In this document: one piece after another, positions 17,577 to 27,352 of the stretch
Position numbering within the stretch: position 1 is the stretch's first letter
How the letters are laid out: each line of letters starts with the position of its first letter
Assembly: GCA_001824435.1 (NCBI GenBank)
Contig: MHXH01000016.1
Span: 14,970 to 78,969 of the forward strand
DNA length: 64,000 nt
DNA from: Parcubacteria group bacterium RIFCSPLOWO2_01_FULL_48_18
Lineage (GTDB): Bacteria; Patescibacteriota; Minisyncoccia; UBA6257; WO2-01-48-18
Direction of reading: 5' to 3'
The notes under the pieces: model-generated
Told to the model about the DNA's origin: nothing
Seen by the model: the letters and a program-made list of their open reading frames with translations, nothing else
The model's database searches: none
Translations under genes and position numbers: made by a program

Positions 17577-18292
17577 GTTTTTAGGCTTCTATTAATAACG
17601 ATTTGTTGAATTATACTAAAAATGGTCGTTGTCAGCCAGTACAGGCCGATCGCGGACGGGAGTCCCCATAAGATAAAAATGGTAACTGCCGGCATAGTAT
17701 ACACCATCTGCTTTCCCATATTTGCCATAGGGTTTTTACTTCCCTCGGTCGCCTGCTGTGGCGGCGAAGCCGCCTTAGCCAAGCTCAATTTCCCCTGAAC
17801 AAACTGAGCGGCGGCCGCCACAACGGCAATCGGTATACTCCGCCGCGCAAGATCAACGACGCTTAAAAAGTAATGGTTGATCGGTGCAGATATCCCCGGC
17901 ATAAAACTATATAAATCGCCGTAAGCGGTTTCCGAAAGGCCAACATTAAATACTTTCCACAGCGCGATAAAGACAGGGATTTGGACCGCGAGCAGCATCA
18001 GTCCGCTGAGCGGATTCACCTTATGCTCTCGATAGAGCGCCATCATCAGCTCTGCCTGCCGCGCCTTGTCGCGCTTATGGTCCTCTTGTATCTTTTTCAG
18101 CTGCGGTTGAATCCGCGACATAACCGCCTGCGCATGGGCGCCTTTGTGGAACAAGGGCCACAGCACCACGCGAATAATGATGGTTAAGAGGATGACTGCA
18201 AGTCCCATGTCTTGAAACGTCACTTTGTCATACAAAAAAATGAGCGCGTTCAAGAGCGGTCGGTATAAAATGGCATGGAATAATTCTCCCAT
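17555..18292 (-). CDS. yidC: Membrane protein insertase YidC (short form)
   Basis: Polytopic protein with the conserved YidC/Oxa1 core. It sits in the rnpA-yidC-jag arrangement. The start is at MGELFH, 6 nt from the rnpA stop. Confidence 0.7.
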   Translation of the reverse strand: MGELFHAILYRPLLNALIFLYDKVTFQDMGLAVILLTIIIRVVLWPLFHKGAHAQAVMSRIQPQLKKIQEDHKRDKARQAELMMALYREHKVNPLSGLMLLAVQIPVFIALWKVFNVGLSETAYGDLYSFMPGISAPINHYFLSVVDLARRSIPIAVVAAAAQFVQGKLSLAKAASPPQQATEGSKNPMANMGKQMVYTMPAVTIFILWGLPSAIGLYWLTTTIFSIIQQIVINRSLKTWNPTNR

Positions 18293-18297
18293 CGAAA

Positions 18298-18636
18298 CTA
18301 TCTCGTGGCGCGCCCGAGAAGCGCTCGAAGCTCTTCCCGCATAGAGCCCTCGACCCGCCGTTCCGACATCGCGCCCGATTTTACAAAAACACAAATATCG
18401 TGTCCGCCTCCCGTAACCTCTTCCTTCCGTATCGTTTCTGTCAATACCCTACGTAAACGATTCCTCGCTGCCGCGCGCATACGTCCTCCCACCATGACCG
18501 CATATCTGTTATACGGAAGGCCGCTTGCTTTCGCGCCGACGCCGAGAAAGCGCCCGCGAACAAAACGATCAAACTTCTGCCGCGACCCGGGCAGGCGATT
18601 TCTAAAAAGCGGCAGTCGTAATTTTCTCTTCAACAT
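18298..18636 (-). CDS. rnpA: Ribonuclease P protein component
   Basis: A basic ~112-aa protein between rpmH and yidC. Confidence 0.65.
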   Translation of the reverse strand: MLKRKLRLPLFRNRLPGSRQKFDRFVRGRFLGVGAKASGLPYNRYAVMVGGRMRAAARNRLRRVLTETIRKEEVTGGGHDICVFVKSGAMSERRVEGSMREELRALLGRATR

Positions 18637-18684
18637 AGGTATGGCGAGGGCCTATCCCCCCGACACGGCGAACCGAGATATGCG

Positions 18685-18825
18685 TTACGGACGTGCGTAC
18701 GGCGCAAGCACGCCTCTTTTCTTGCGGCGTCTGCGCACTAAAACCCGACGACCGCCGGGCGTCTGGCTTCTCTTCAAGAAACCATGCGTCCGTCGCCGTT
18801 TCTTCTTTTTCGGCCGGTACGTCAT
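18685..18825 (-). CDS. rpmH: 50S ribosomal protein L34
   Basis: The translation [46 protein letters not shown] matches the L34 signature. It is absent from the ORF track (<60 aa) and was found by hand translation. Confidence 0.8.
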   Translation of the reverse strand: MTYRPKKKKRRRTHGFLKRSQTPGGRRVLVRRRRKKRGVLAPYARP

Positions 18826-19044
18826 TGACATTACTATTGAGATTAGCAAGAATGAAGTAAAAATTCAACGCGTTGCGCGACACAGAACACGGTGCCGCAT
18901 CGCATCCAAAAACCGTCTTATGTTGTCCACACCTTGTACACATTCTCTGCTTAAAATAACTTTGCAACCCTCGACAATATATTTTATGATTCGCACATGC
19001 GCGCCGCATTAATGCCGTCGCTGATGCTTTAAATTTGTTCCCAT
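18826..19044. promoter_or_regulatory. rpmH-dnaA intergenic region, candidate oriC/dnaA promoter with DnaA-box-like 9-mers
   Basis: TTGTCCACA at 18923..18931 is one mismatch from TTATCCACA. TTGTACACA and AT-rich stretches are also present. It sits in the classical rpmH/dnaA divergent position. Confidence 0.45.
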
Positions 19045-20403
19045 ATGAACATAAACCTTGAAGATTTTTGGAAAAACGTACTCGGCGAAGTAGAACTCGA
19101 GATATCAAGGCCTAATTTCGTCACATGGCTGAAGGGCAGCCGCCTTGTAGACAAAAAGGACGGCGTCGCGCTGGTAAGCCTTCCCAGCAACTTTGCCCGC
19201 GAATGGGTGGAAAACAAATACAATAAATTGATACTCCGTTCGCTGCGCGCGCTCGACCAATCCTTAAAGCGCGTGGAATACACCATCGACGCTTCTCAGC
19301 ACAACAAGATCCTTCCGCAGAAGACGCCGGTACTCATTACCAACCAACTTGCGTTTCAAGAATTCAGAGTCGATCCAGAAACAAATCTTAACCCCCGGTA
19401 TACGCTCTCATCGTTCATCGTTGGTTCATCAAACGAACTCGCGTACGCGGCAACGACCGCAGTGATTAACGAAATCGGAACAAAGTACAATCCGCTTTTC
19501 ATTTACGGAGGCGTGGGTCTTGGAAAGACTCATCTGCTGCAAGCGATGGGCAATGAAATAAAAAACCTGCACAAAAATAAAATTCGCGCGCGGTATGTAA
19601 CGTCGGACCGGTACGTCAACGACGTAGTGTGGGCTATCCGCAACAAACGGATGGACGACATCAGAGAGAAATACAGGAACGTTGACATCCTCATCATTGA
19701 CGACATCCAGTTTGTCGGCGGCAAAGAGAGAACGGAAGAGGAATTCTTCCATACATTCAATGCGCTGTATGAAATGAATAAACAAATTGTTATATCGTCG
19801 GATCGCGCCCCGCGGGCAATTCCCACCCTTGAAGAACGCCTGCGTTCGAGATTCGAAGGCGGAATGATCGCCGATATCGGGTTCCCAGACTACGAAATGC
19901 GCGTTGCCATTCTGAAAACGAAACTGCAAGAAAAAAATCAGGAATTACCGGACGACATCATCGATCTTGTCGCCTCCCGCATCCAGCGCAACATTCGAGA
20001 ACTTGAGGGAGTCCTCAATCGGATCTTGTTCCATCAACAGAAAAAAAACGAACCGGCAAGCATTAAAACCGCAGAAGGAATCATTCAAGAAAATGCGACG
20101 CAACCGGTTAAACAAATCAGTTTTCAGCAGATCACGCAAGCCGTATCTTCGTTCTTCGAAATCCCCGAAAAAGACCTCCTGGGGCGTTCGCGGAAGAAAG
20201 AAATCGTGTTTCCGCGCCAAATTGCCATGTACATCATCCGAGAAGAGCTCAGTGCGTCTTATCCCGAAATCGGGAGCAGGCTCGGGAAAAGGGATCACAC
20301 GACGGCGATTTATGCCTATGAAAAAATATCTAAAGAGATTCAGAAAAACCCCGCGCTCGCGAGTAAAATCAACTTATTGAAAGAGAAAATACATAACAGT
20401 TAG
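19045..20403 (+). CDS. dnaA: Chromosomal replication initiator protein DnaA
   Basis: AAA+ Walker A GGVGLGKTHLL and a C-terminal DnaA-box-binding domain. Confidence 0.9.
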   Translation: MNINLEDFWKNVLGEVELEISRPNFVTWLKGSRLVDKKDGVALVSLPSNFAREWVENKYNKLILRSLRALDQSLKRVEYTIDASQHNKILPQKTPVLITNQLAFQEFRVDPETNLNPRYTLSSFIVGSSNELAYAATTAVINEIGTKYNPLFIYGGVGLGKTHLLQAMGNEIKNLHKNKIRARYVTSDRYVNDVVWAIRNKRMDDIREKYRNVDILIIDDIQFVGGKERTEEEFFHTFNALYEMNKQIVISSDRAPRAIPTLEERLRSRFEGGMIADIGFPDYEMRVAILKTKLQEKNQELPDDIIDLVASRIQRNIRELEGVLNRILFHQQKKNEPASIKTAEGIIQENATQPVKQISFQQITQAVSSFFEIPEKDLLGRSRKKEIVFPRQIAMYIIREELSASYPEIGSRLGKRDHTTAIYAYEKISKEIQKNPALASKINLLKEKIHNS

Positions 20404-20594
20404 TAACCCTGTGAAATGGCATTGGATAATTACTGAACAAGCGCGATGTTCCGAAGGACGTCCTGTCGCTTTCCGCTTTATACAGTTTTTCCCCCCAACT
20501 TATACTCCTTCTTTCTCCTTACGAATAGAGACAAAAGAGGATAAAGAATAAGAAACAAAGCGTTGTCCACTTATCCCCTCCCCCTACTATAACT
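20404..20594. promoter_or_regulatory. dnaA-dnaN intergenic region with DnaA-box-like motifs and an AT-rich element (second oriC candidate)
   Basis: TTGTCCACT and TTATCCCC near 20560..20578, ATTGGATAA at 20421, and the AT-rich aaaagaggataaagaataagaaacaaag. Confidence 0.4.
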
Positions 20595-21719
20595 ATGAAA
20601 TTATTAATATTAAGAGAGAATTTAAAACAGGTAGTAGGTATTGTTGATCGCGCCGTGAGCAATTCGTCTTCTCTGCCGGTACTAAGAAATATTTTGGTAA
20701 TCGCAGCAAATGGTACCATTTCTGTTTCTGCAACAAATTTGGAATTGGCCGTTACCGCGACGCTTACCGGCAAGATTACCGAAGAAGGTTCACTCACTAT
20801 TCCTGCACACGTCTTTTCTGCAATCGTAGGAAGCGTTTCTTCGGAAAAGATACATCTCGAAAAGAAAGGGAATTCGGTACTGGTAAAGACAGACAACTAT
20901 GAAGCCGCGATTCAAACGATCCACGAAAAAGAATTTCCCATTATACCGAAGGCAAAAAATACGCGCGAGTTTATAGATATCGACGGCAATCTTTTAAGGT
21001 CTGCTTTCGACCAGGTAATTAATGCGGCTGCAACGGTCTCGGATTTTCGTCAAGAACTTTCCGGAGTATTATTTTCTTTTCAAGGGGATTCGATTATCTG
21101 CGCCGCAACCGATAGCTTCCGGCTCGCTGAAAAAACGATATCACACGCTCAGTACCAAACTAATATCGAAAAAGGTTTTACGGTTATTATACCGGCGAAG
21201 AATGTTCAGGAGCTTATTAAAATACTACCGTCGGGAACGGTTCGCATCCACGTCGACCAGAATGAAATCATTTTTAAAAACGAGGAACGTGAGATCGTTT
21301 CGCGCCTTATTGAGGGAAAGTTTCCTGATTACCGGAATATCATTCCGACGTCATTTGATTTCAACGCGCACGTGCCTATCAATGAGCTTCTGGAAGGCCT
21401 CAAGCTCGTTCATGTGTTTGCAAGTCGGCTCAATGATATTAAAATAGCGATTGCCGATAGTCATAAAACCGCTGAATTATCTTCGCGCGAAACCGGCTTA
21501 GGAGAAAACCGTTACCTCGTTCCGATAAAAGGAGAGGGGACGGCGTTTGAAGTCATGTTTAACGGCATCTACTTCTCGGACGGATTGAGGTCTGTCGCAA
21601 AAGCGGCAAAAAACGAGAGGGCATTTCTCGGGCTCAACAAAAGTTCTCGCCCTTCCCTCATACGAGCGGTTGAAGACAAATCGCTTCTCTATGTTCTTAT
21701 GCCTATCAGGCAGCCGTAA
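20595..21719 (+). CDS. dnaN: DNA polymerase III beta sliding clamp
   Basis: Follows dnaA; 374 aa with a three-domain clamp pattern. Confidence 0.85.
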   Translation: MKLLILRENLKQVVGIVDRAVSNSSSLPVLRNILVIAANGTISVSATNLELAVTATLTGKITEEGSLTIPAHVFSAIVGSVSSEKIHLEKKGNSVLVKTDNYEAAIQTIHEKEFPIIPKAKNTREFIDIDGNLLRSAFDQVINAAATVSDFRQELSGVLFSFQGDSIICAATDSFRLAEKTISHAQYQTNIEKGFTVIIPAKNVQELIKILPSGTVRIHVDQNEIIFKNEEREIVSRLIEGKFPDYRNIIPTSFDFNAHVPINELLEGLKLVHVFASRLNDIKIAIADSHKTAELSSRETGLGENRYLVPIKGEGTAFEVMFNGIYFSDGLRSVAKAAKNERAFLGLNKSSRPSLIRAVEDKSLLYVLMPIRQP

Positions 21720-21998
21720 ATGTTAAGATCTCTTACGCCGGATCTGAATCGGCTCATCCGGCGTCTCAACCTATTTGAGAAAATAGAAGAACGGAGGGTT
21801 CTTAAGAAGACCGAAGCGGTCCTTGCAGAGCTTGCCGGCGCAGATCGTATATCTTCGCTTAAGGTTCGTCCGCTTTCCTGCAAAAAGGGGGTGCTTTTGA
21901 TATGGTGTGAGGATTCGAGCACGGCGCACTACTTGAAAAGCAACGAAGGTCGGATTAAAAACGCCGCGCGAGTAGAGCGGGTGCGGTATATATCTTAA
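21720..21998 (+). CDS. DUF721/DciA-like small protein
   Basis: GVLLIWCEDSSTAHYLKSNEGRI resembles the DUF721 core. It sits immediately after dnaN. Confidence 0.4.
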   Translation: MLRSLTPDLNRLIRRLNLFEKIEERRVLKKTEAVLAELAGADRISSLKVRPLSCKKGVLLIWCEDSSTAHYLKSNEGRIKNAARVERVRYIS

Positions 21999-22020
21999 AA
22001 ATCCGACGGACTCGGATGGG

Positions 22021-23505
22021 CTATTTTCTTAGAAGTAGAGGGAAAAGTTTTCCCGGCTTTTGGATCATAAACTTGCCTCCTTGCCATGGAGAGCTGCTAT
22101 TTTTGTAACCCAACCATTGCGAAATCACTGACGCCGTGTGCGGCATAAAGGGTTGTAGCATTTCATTCAGGTTGGCAAGGGCGAGCCATATACTTGAGGC
22201 CGTGTCTTCGAATTCTTTTTCCCCGGGTGTTTGCTGCCACGGCTTTTGCGCATTGATATAGCGGTCGGCCCGACCCATCAGATTCCATACGGCCTCAAGT
22301 GCCGTATTAAATTTAAACTCGGTTAAAGCAGCGCTGTAATCTTTCCAGCTGAGCAAGACATCTTTTTTTAAGTCGTCTTTCCCGACTGTTACCTGCCCTG
22401 CCTTGATCATCAGGGTTAGAGAGCGGCTGACCAGGTTGCCCAATCCGTGAGCCAGGTCATCGGCATATCTTCTTGCAAGTCTTTCCATGGAGAAGTCGCC
22501 GTCTTCACAGGGAGGAATTTCTCTAAGAAGAAAGTAGCGGGTAGGATCAATGCCCCATTCTTTTGTTACATCTTTGGGATCGATGACGTTGCCCAAGCTC
22601 TTTGACATTTTTTCTCCTTCAGCCGTTACATAACCATGGACAAAAACTGTGTTCGGTAGGCGCAGTCCTGCCGAGAGAAGCATTGCTGGCCAGTAAATTG
22701 CGTGAAAGCGTAAAACCCCCTTGCCGATCATATGAATTATTTTTGTATCCTCGTCGCGCCAAAACTTTTCGAAGGTACGGCCTCCTTGCGCAAAATCGAT
22801 ACCTGTAACATAGTTTGTGAGCGCGTCGAACCAGACGTACATGATTTGATGGTTGTCGTCGGGTACCGGTATTCCCCATCCGTCGGCGCGCGTTATGCTT
22901 CGTGAAATACTGAAGTCTTCGAGGCCCGACTCGATAAATCTTTCGACTTCATGTTTCCGGCGTTCCGGCACGATTCTAATGCGGTCTTCAGCGTAGATTG
23001 CCCCGAGCTGTTTCTGGTATGCCGAGAGCCGAAAAAAATAGTTCTCTTCCTCGACGGTCTCTGGCTTGGTATGATGCTCCGGACAAAGGCCCTCAGCGAG
23101 CTCTGATTCTTTGTAGAAAAGTTCGCAGCCCACGCAATAGAGGCCGCGGTACACTTTCCTGAATATGTCTTTTGCGCACATCCGCCAGAACTTTTTTGCT
23201 CCTTCGACGTGACGAACCTCGGTGGTGCGTATGAAGTCGTCGTAGGAAATATCCAGAACTGTTTTGAGCTTCTTGAATTTTTCGGCGTTCGCGTCCACAA
23301 GCTCTTTGACGGGGACCCTCGCGAGTTTCGCCGCCTGCACGTTTTTGAGGCTGTTCTCGTCGGTGCCGGTTAAAAAATAAACCTCGTCTTCCATAAGGCG
23401 GCGGTAGCGGGCGACGACATCGGCTTGTACGGCTTCAAGCCCGAATCCGATATGCGGATCCGCATTTACATACGGAATCGCGGTTGTGATGAGTAGTTTT
23501 GACAT
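22021..23505 (-). CDS. metG: Methionine--tRNA ligase
   Basis: A class I HIGH-type motif (PYVNADPHIGFG) and KMSKS. Confidence 0.9.
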   Translation of the reverse strand: MSKLLITTAIPYVNADPHIGFGLEAVQADVVARYRRLMEDEVYFLTGTDENSLKNVQAAKLARVPVKELVDANAEKFKKLKTVLDISYDDFIRTTEVRHVEGAKKFWRMCAKDIFRKVYRGLYCVGCELFYKESELAEGLCPEHHTKPETVEEENYFFRLSAYQKQLGAIYAEDRIRIVPERRKHEVERFIESGLEDFSISRSITRADGWGIPVPDDNHQIMYVWFDALTNYVTGIDFAQGGRTFEKFWRDEDTKIIHMIGKGVLRFHAIYWPAMLLSAGLRLPNTVFVHGYVTAEGEKMSKSLGNVIDPKDVTKEWGIDPTRYFLLREIPPCEDGDFSMERLARRYADDLAHGLGNLVSRSLTLMIKAGQVTVGKDDLKKDVLLSWKDYSAALTEFKFNTALEAVWNLMGRADRYINAQKPWQQTPGEKEFEDTASSIWLALANLNEMLQPFMPHTASVISQWLGYKNSSSPWQGGKFMIQKPGKLFPLLLRK

Positions 23506-23566
23506 GAATGGCGGCGATTACGGCAGATTCATGTAGGGCGCCTTGCCGTTTTACCCCGAACGGGGT

Positions 23567-24586
23567 TTACGCCCCCAATCGTGCTCCTTTTCTCTTCCCC
23601 CAGTCTTCAACAATCTCTTGCAGTACCACCACTGACGGGATAGCGAGGATCATGCCAACAACTCCGCCTACCGCCGAACCCGTCATCAGCGCGAGGATGA
23701 CCACCACAGGATTGATTCCCACGAGCTTTTTTGTGATGAGCGGAACCGCAAGATGGTTTTCGAGCTGCTGGATAACAATAAAAACTAGTAGCGTGAAGAA
23801 GGCCAGTTTTGTGGACTCTGCGAGTGCCGCCAGGATTGCGACGGCCGCCGCAAATATGGGACCGGCGATCGGCACGATCTCAAACGCGCCCGCCACGAAC
23901 CCGAGCAGGAACGCATAGTTGACGCCCAAGAGCCTGAGCGCCCCAAAGCTTAACAAACCGATGAGAATGCTGAGCGAAAGCTGGGTTTGAAGCCAGCGCC
24001 CTAGTTTCTTTTTGACGCGCAACCAGAGGTTAATGAGGTAGTCTTCGTACGCGGCTGGAGTAACGGCGCGAATGAATTCCGTAACCCCGTTCTCGTTTAC
24101 CAATATATAAAACGTTACGATCGTAGTCGCAAGAAGAACGGCTACTCCGCCGATTAGCGAGCCGAGGAGATTAAATACCGAACCGCCGCTTTCAAGGAGC
24201 ATGGTGAGCGAATCGAGCGAAACGGAGAGCGAAGAGCGCAGCTCTTCAAATATTTCGGGGCTGAAGTAGAGGCTTAGCTGAGGCGTGAGGTTTTCAAGGT
24301 GGTCGAGAAAGTTTCTCAGTTCGACGACAACCGGAGGAATGATGAGGTACAATGCCGTGGCCACGGTGGCGACGGCGAGAAGATAAAGAAAAATAGCGGA
24401 AAGTACCCGCGGCACCCCTCCCTTTTGAAGCGTGTTGACAACCGGTTCGACCGCCGATGAAATAATGAGCGAAAAAAACAGGACGACAAGCGCCTTTACG
24501 GCAAAATACGCCAATAGAATGATAAGCACGACCGTGATTGCCCTCCAAAATGTCAACCACGATACGTCGTGAATGCTACGTTCCAA
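23567..24586 (-). CDS. AI-2E family transporter (PerM-like)
   Basis: 8-TM topology with a conserved AFEIVPIAGP segment. Confidence 0.65.
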   Translation of the reverse strand: MERSIHDVSWLTFWRAITVVLIILLAYFAVKALVVLFFSLIISSAVEPVVNTLQKGGVPRVLSAIFLYLLAVATVATALYLIIPPVVVELRNFLDHLENLTPQLSLYFSPEIFEELRSSLSVSLDSLTMLLESGGSVFNLLGSLIGGVAVLLATTIVTFYILVNENGVTEFIRAVTPAAYEDYLINLWLRVKKKLGRWLQTQLSLSILIGLLSFGALRLLGVNYAFLLGFVAGAFEIVPIAGPIFAAAVAILAALAESTKLAFFTLLVFIVIQQLENHLAVPLITKKLVGINPVVVILALMTGSAVGGVVGMILAIPSVVVLQEIVEDWGKRKGARLGA

Positions 24587-24667
24587 TGAAATAGAGTGTT
24601 TAGCGCTTAGCGTTCAGCGTTTATCCGCCAGCCGGCGGACTAATCGCCATACTCCATACCCTAAACC
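24587..24667. repeat. Intergenic repeat element: heptamer arrays (TAGCGCT..., CCCTAAA x2) flanking the 16-bp palindrome TCCGCCAGCCGGCGGA (24624..24639)
   Basis: Direct reading. Confidence 0.6.
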
Positions 24668-25936
24668 CTAAAATGCGAGTATTTTCTCAAATTGGACCGA
24701 GTCTTTGTACGGGCCGATCACCGCTAAGTTCAGCCCCGCGTTCGTGAAGATTTCCCTTGAAACATTCCGTATGTCCTCGGCGGTCACCCCATTTATTTTC
24801 TCTAAAATTTGATCGATAGTCAAAATTTCCCTGCGGACGACCTCTTGACTGCCGTAGAAAGAAGCTAGTTCATCCGAAGTTTCAAGGCTTATCGCCATGC
24901 TGCCGGCAATCTTTCTTTTGGCGTTGATGAGTTCTTCTGCGTCAACGGACCCGTCCCTTAATCGCGCGAATTCTTCAAGGATTGCGCGGACCACATTGGT
25001 GATCTTATCGAGCGCGACCCCGGCCGAAACAGAAAGATAGCCGTGATCGCTATAGAGATCGTTTGAGGTATGAATGTAGTACGCCGCGCCCATTTGTTCC
25101 CGGACGCGCTGGAAGAGTCGTGAGCTCATCCCCCCGCCTAGCAGATTGGCAATGAGCGTAAGCGTGTTTCGCCGTTCGTCAAAAGCGTCAAAGGCCCTTA
25201 CTCCTAATACAAGATGAGCTTGGTCGGTTTCCTTGTGCCGTGTTAGCGTCGCAGGCCCTTTTTGTGTTTCGATCGTGCGGGGCATCGATCCCTTTTCGTC
25301 GGCAGCGATGCGGTCGAACGCTTCGGTTGTCATTCGCCGCACGGCCGTTTCGTCGGTCCCGCCCGCAACGATTAATACCGTAGCGTTGGGAAGGTAGTGT
25401 CTCTTCCGATAGGACAGAAAGTCATTCCTCTGAAGAGATAAGACTATTTCTTTCTTGCCGATAACGTCCCAGCCAGCCGGTTGGTCGCCGTAGAGGAGGG
25501 TGGTAAAGAGTTCGTGGATCTGTTGCATTGGCGCGTCTTCGTACATGTTGATTTCTTCAATAATTACCCCGCGTTCTTTGTCAATCTCTTCTTCTCGAAG
25601 AAGCGAACGAAGATAAATGTCGGAGAGTACATCGAAGATTTTTCCTGCATCTTCGTTGCGCGCCTTGGCATAGAAGCCCGTGTATTCATGGCTGGTGAAG
25701 GCATTGTAGTGGGCGCCGAGCGCGTCAAGTTCGGAGGCGACGTCGATCGGCCTCGGGCGCCGCTCGGTTCCCTTAAAACACATGTGCTCGAGAAAATGAG
25801 AGAGGCCGTTGACCTGCTTTGATTCATATTTTGATCCCGCTTCAACCAAAAACAACACCGTGGTGGTGAGGCTTCCTTTTTGCGGAACGGTGACGAGCCG
25901 TAGCCCGTTCTTTAAAGTTGTTTTAGAAAAAGACAC
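24668..25936 (-). CDS. M16 family zinc peptidase (insulinase-like)
   Basis: HxxEH motif (HFLEHM). Confidence 0.75.
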   Translation of the reverse strand: MSFSKTTLKNGLRLVTVPQKGSLTTTVLFLVEAGSKYESKQVNGLSHFLEHMCFKGTERRPRPIDVASELDALGAHYNAFTSHEYTGFYAKARNEDAGKIFDVLSDIYLRSLLREEEIDKERGVIIEEINMYEDAPMQQIHELFTTLLYGDQPAGWDVIGKKEIVLSLQRNDFLSYRKRHYLPNATVLIVAGGTDETAVRRMTTEAFDRIAADEKGSMPRTIETQKGPATLTRHKETDQAHLVLGVRAFDAFDERRNTLTLIANLLGGGMSSRLFQRVREQMGAAYYIHTSNDLYSDHGYLSVSAGVALDKITNVVRAILEEFARLRDGSVDAEELINAKRKIAGSMAISLETSDELASFYGSQEVVRREILTIDQILEKINGVTAEDIRNVSREIFTNAGLNLAVIGPYKDSVQFEKILAF

Positions 25937-26000
25937 GATTTTTTGACTGTTGATACGGCTTAGGCGGTATAAAACATTATGTAGTATATCACAAAGGATT

Positions 26001-27347
26001 TTAAGTTTCCAGCTTCTTCGTCAGGTAGTCAGCAAGACCTCCGGTTTCAATTCTCTCCTGTTTCATCGTATCCCTGTCCCGTACCGTCACGCCGTCCTTT
26101 TCCAGGCTTTCGAAGTCAACGGTAATGCAAAATGGCGTTCCGATTTCGTCTTGGCGGCGGTAGCGGCGGCCGATGGTGCCGGATTCGTCGTATTGAACCA
26201 AGCCGTTAATCTCCGTACGCAGCTCTTCATAGATTTTTTGCGCCAGCTCCACTAACCGTGGCTTGTTTTTTACCAGGGGTAAAACCGCGACTTTCACTGG
26301 CGAGAGGGCCGGGTGAAGGCGGAGTATGATTTCTTCCTCCTTGGCGGACTGCGTGGTGATAGTTCGACCGCCCGCTATTTTTTCGTAGGCATCAATAAGA
26401 AATACAAGAACTGCGCGGTCTGCTCCGGCAGAGGTTTCCATGACGTGAGGGATGCATTTTTTCTTTTTTTCGGAATCAAAATAAGAGAGATCGCGGCCGG
26501 AATATTTTGCGTGATTTGATAGATCCCAGTCGCCGCGGTAATGGATTCCTTCTATCTCCTGCCAGCCGAGCGGTTCGGGGAACCGATACTGGATGTCGGC
26601 CGCCCTTTTTGCATAATGCGCCAATTCCTCTTTTTTGTGTTCGTGGAAACGCAGATTCCCCTTTTTGATTCCGAGGTTGAGATACCACCGTAATCTTTGT
26701 TCCCGCCAGTGTTCAAACCAATGCTTTGCAGAGCCGGTTGCGCCCGCAGGAAGAAAAAACCATTGCATTTCCATCTGTTCAAATTCCCGCATGCGGTAGG
26801 TAAAATTTCCAGGAGTAATTTCATTCCGAAACGCCTTGCCTATTTGCGCGAGCCCGAAGGGGGGCTTGAGCCGCATGGATTCCAGGATCCATGGGAAATT
26901 GAGATATATTCCTTGTGCGGTTTCCGCGCGTAGATACGTTTCGCTTGCCGCGTCCTCTACCGGCCCCACGAACGTTTTCATCATGAGATTGAACTTTCTT
27001 TCTTTGGTGAGTTTTCCGTCACAGTCCGGACAAGACTCTTTTTTCAGCTGATCTTTCCTGAAGCGACGATGGCACGATATGCATTCAACCAAGGGATCGG
27101 CGAATCCGGCGCCCAAGTGTCCGGACGCCTCCCAAGTTTTCGGGTTCATCAAAATCGCGGCGTCCAAGCCGAGCACGTTGCGGCCGGCGTACACCATATC
27201 GTTCCACCACGCCGACTTTACGCTATTTTTGAGTTCGACTCCCAGCGGCCCGTAATCATATGAACTGGAAAAACCACCGTAGATTTCGGAGGATTGCGCA
27301 ATGAAGCCGCGGCGCTTCGCAAGATTTACAATATCGTCTATACGCAT
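26001..27347 (-). CDS. glyQS: Glycine--tRNA ligase (dimeric class II type)
   Basis: ~448 aa with class II motifs and an anticodon-binding C-terminus. Confidence 0.85.
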   Translation of the reverse strand: MRIDDIVNLAKRRGFIAQSSEIYGGFSSSYDYGPLGVELKNSVKSAWWNDMVYAGRNVLGLDAAILMNPKTWEASGHLGAGFADPLVECISCHRRFRKDQLKKESCPDCDGKLTKERKFNLMMKTFVGPVEDAASETYLRAETAQGIYLNFPWILESMRLKPPFGLAQIGKAFRNEITPGNFTYRMREFEQMEMQWFFLPAGATGSAKHWFEHWREQRLRWYLNLGIKKGNLRFHEHKKEELAHYAKRAADIQYRFPEPLGWQEIEGIHYRGDWDLSNHAKYSGRDLSYFDSEKKKKCIPHVMETSAGADRAVLVFLIDAYEKIAGGRTITTQSAKEEEIILRLHPALSPVKVAVLPLVKNKPRLVELAQKIYEELRTEINGLVQYDESGTIGRRYRRQDEIGTPFCITVDFESLEKDGVTVRDRDTMKQERIETGGLADYLTKKLET

Positions 27348-27352
27348 GGTTG

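Noticed and set aside
18602-19108. 168-aa minus-strand ORF across the rpmH-dnaA spacer
   Set aside because: It has no homology. rpmH (L34) is encoded in a different frame (18685..18825), and the rest is origin/promoter DNA.
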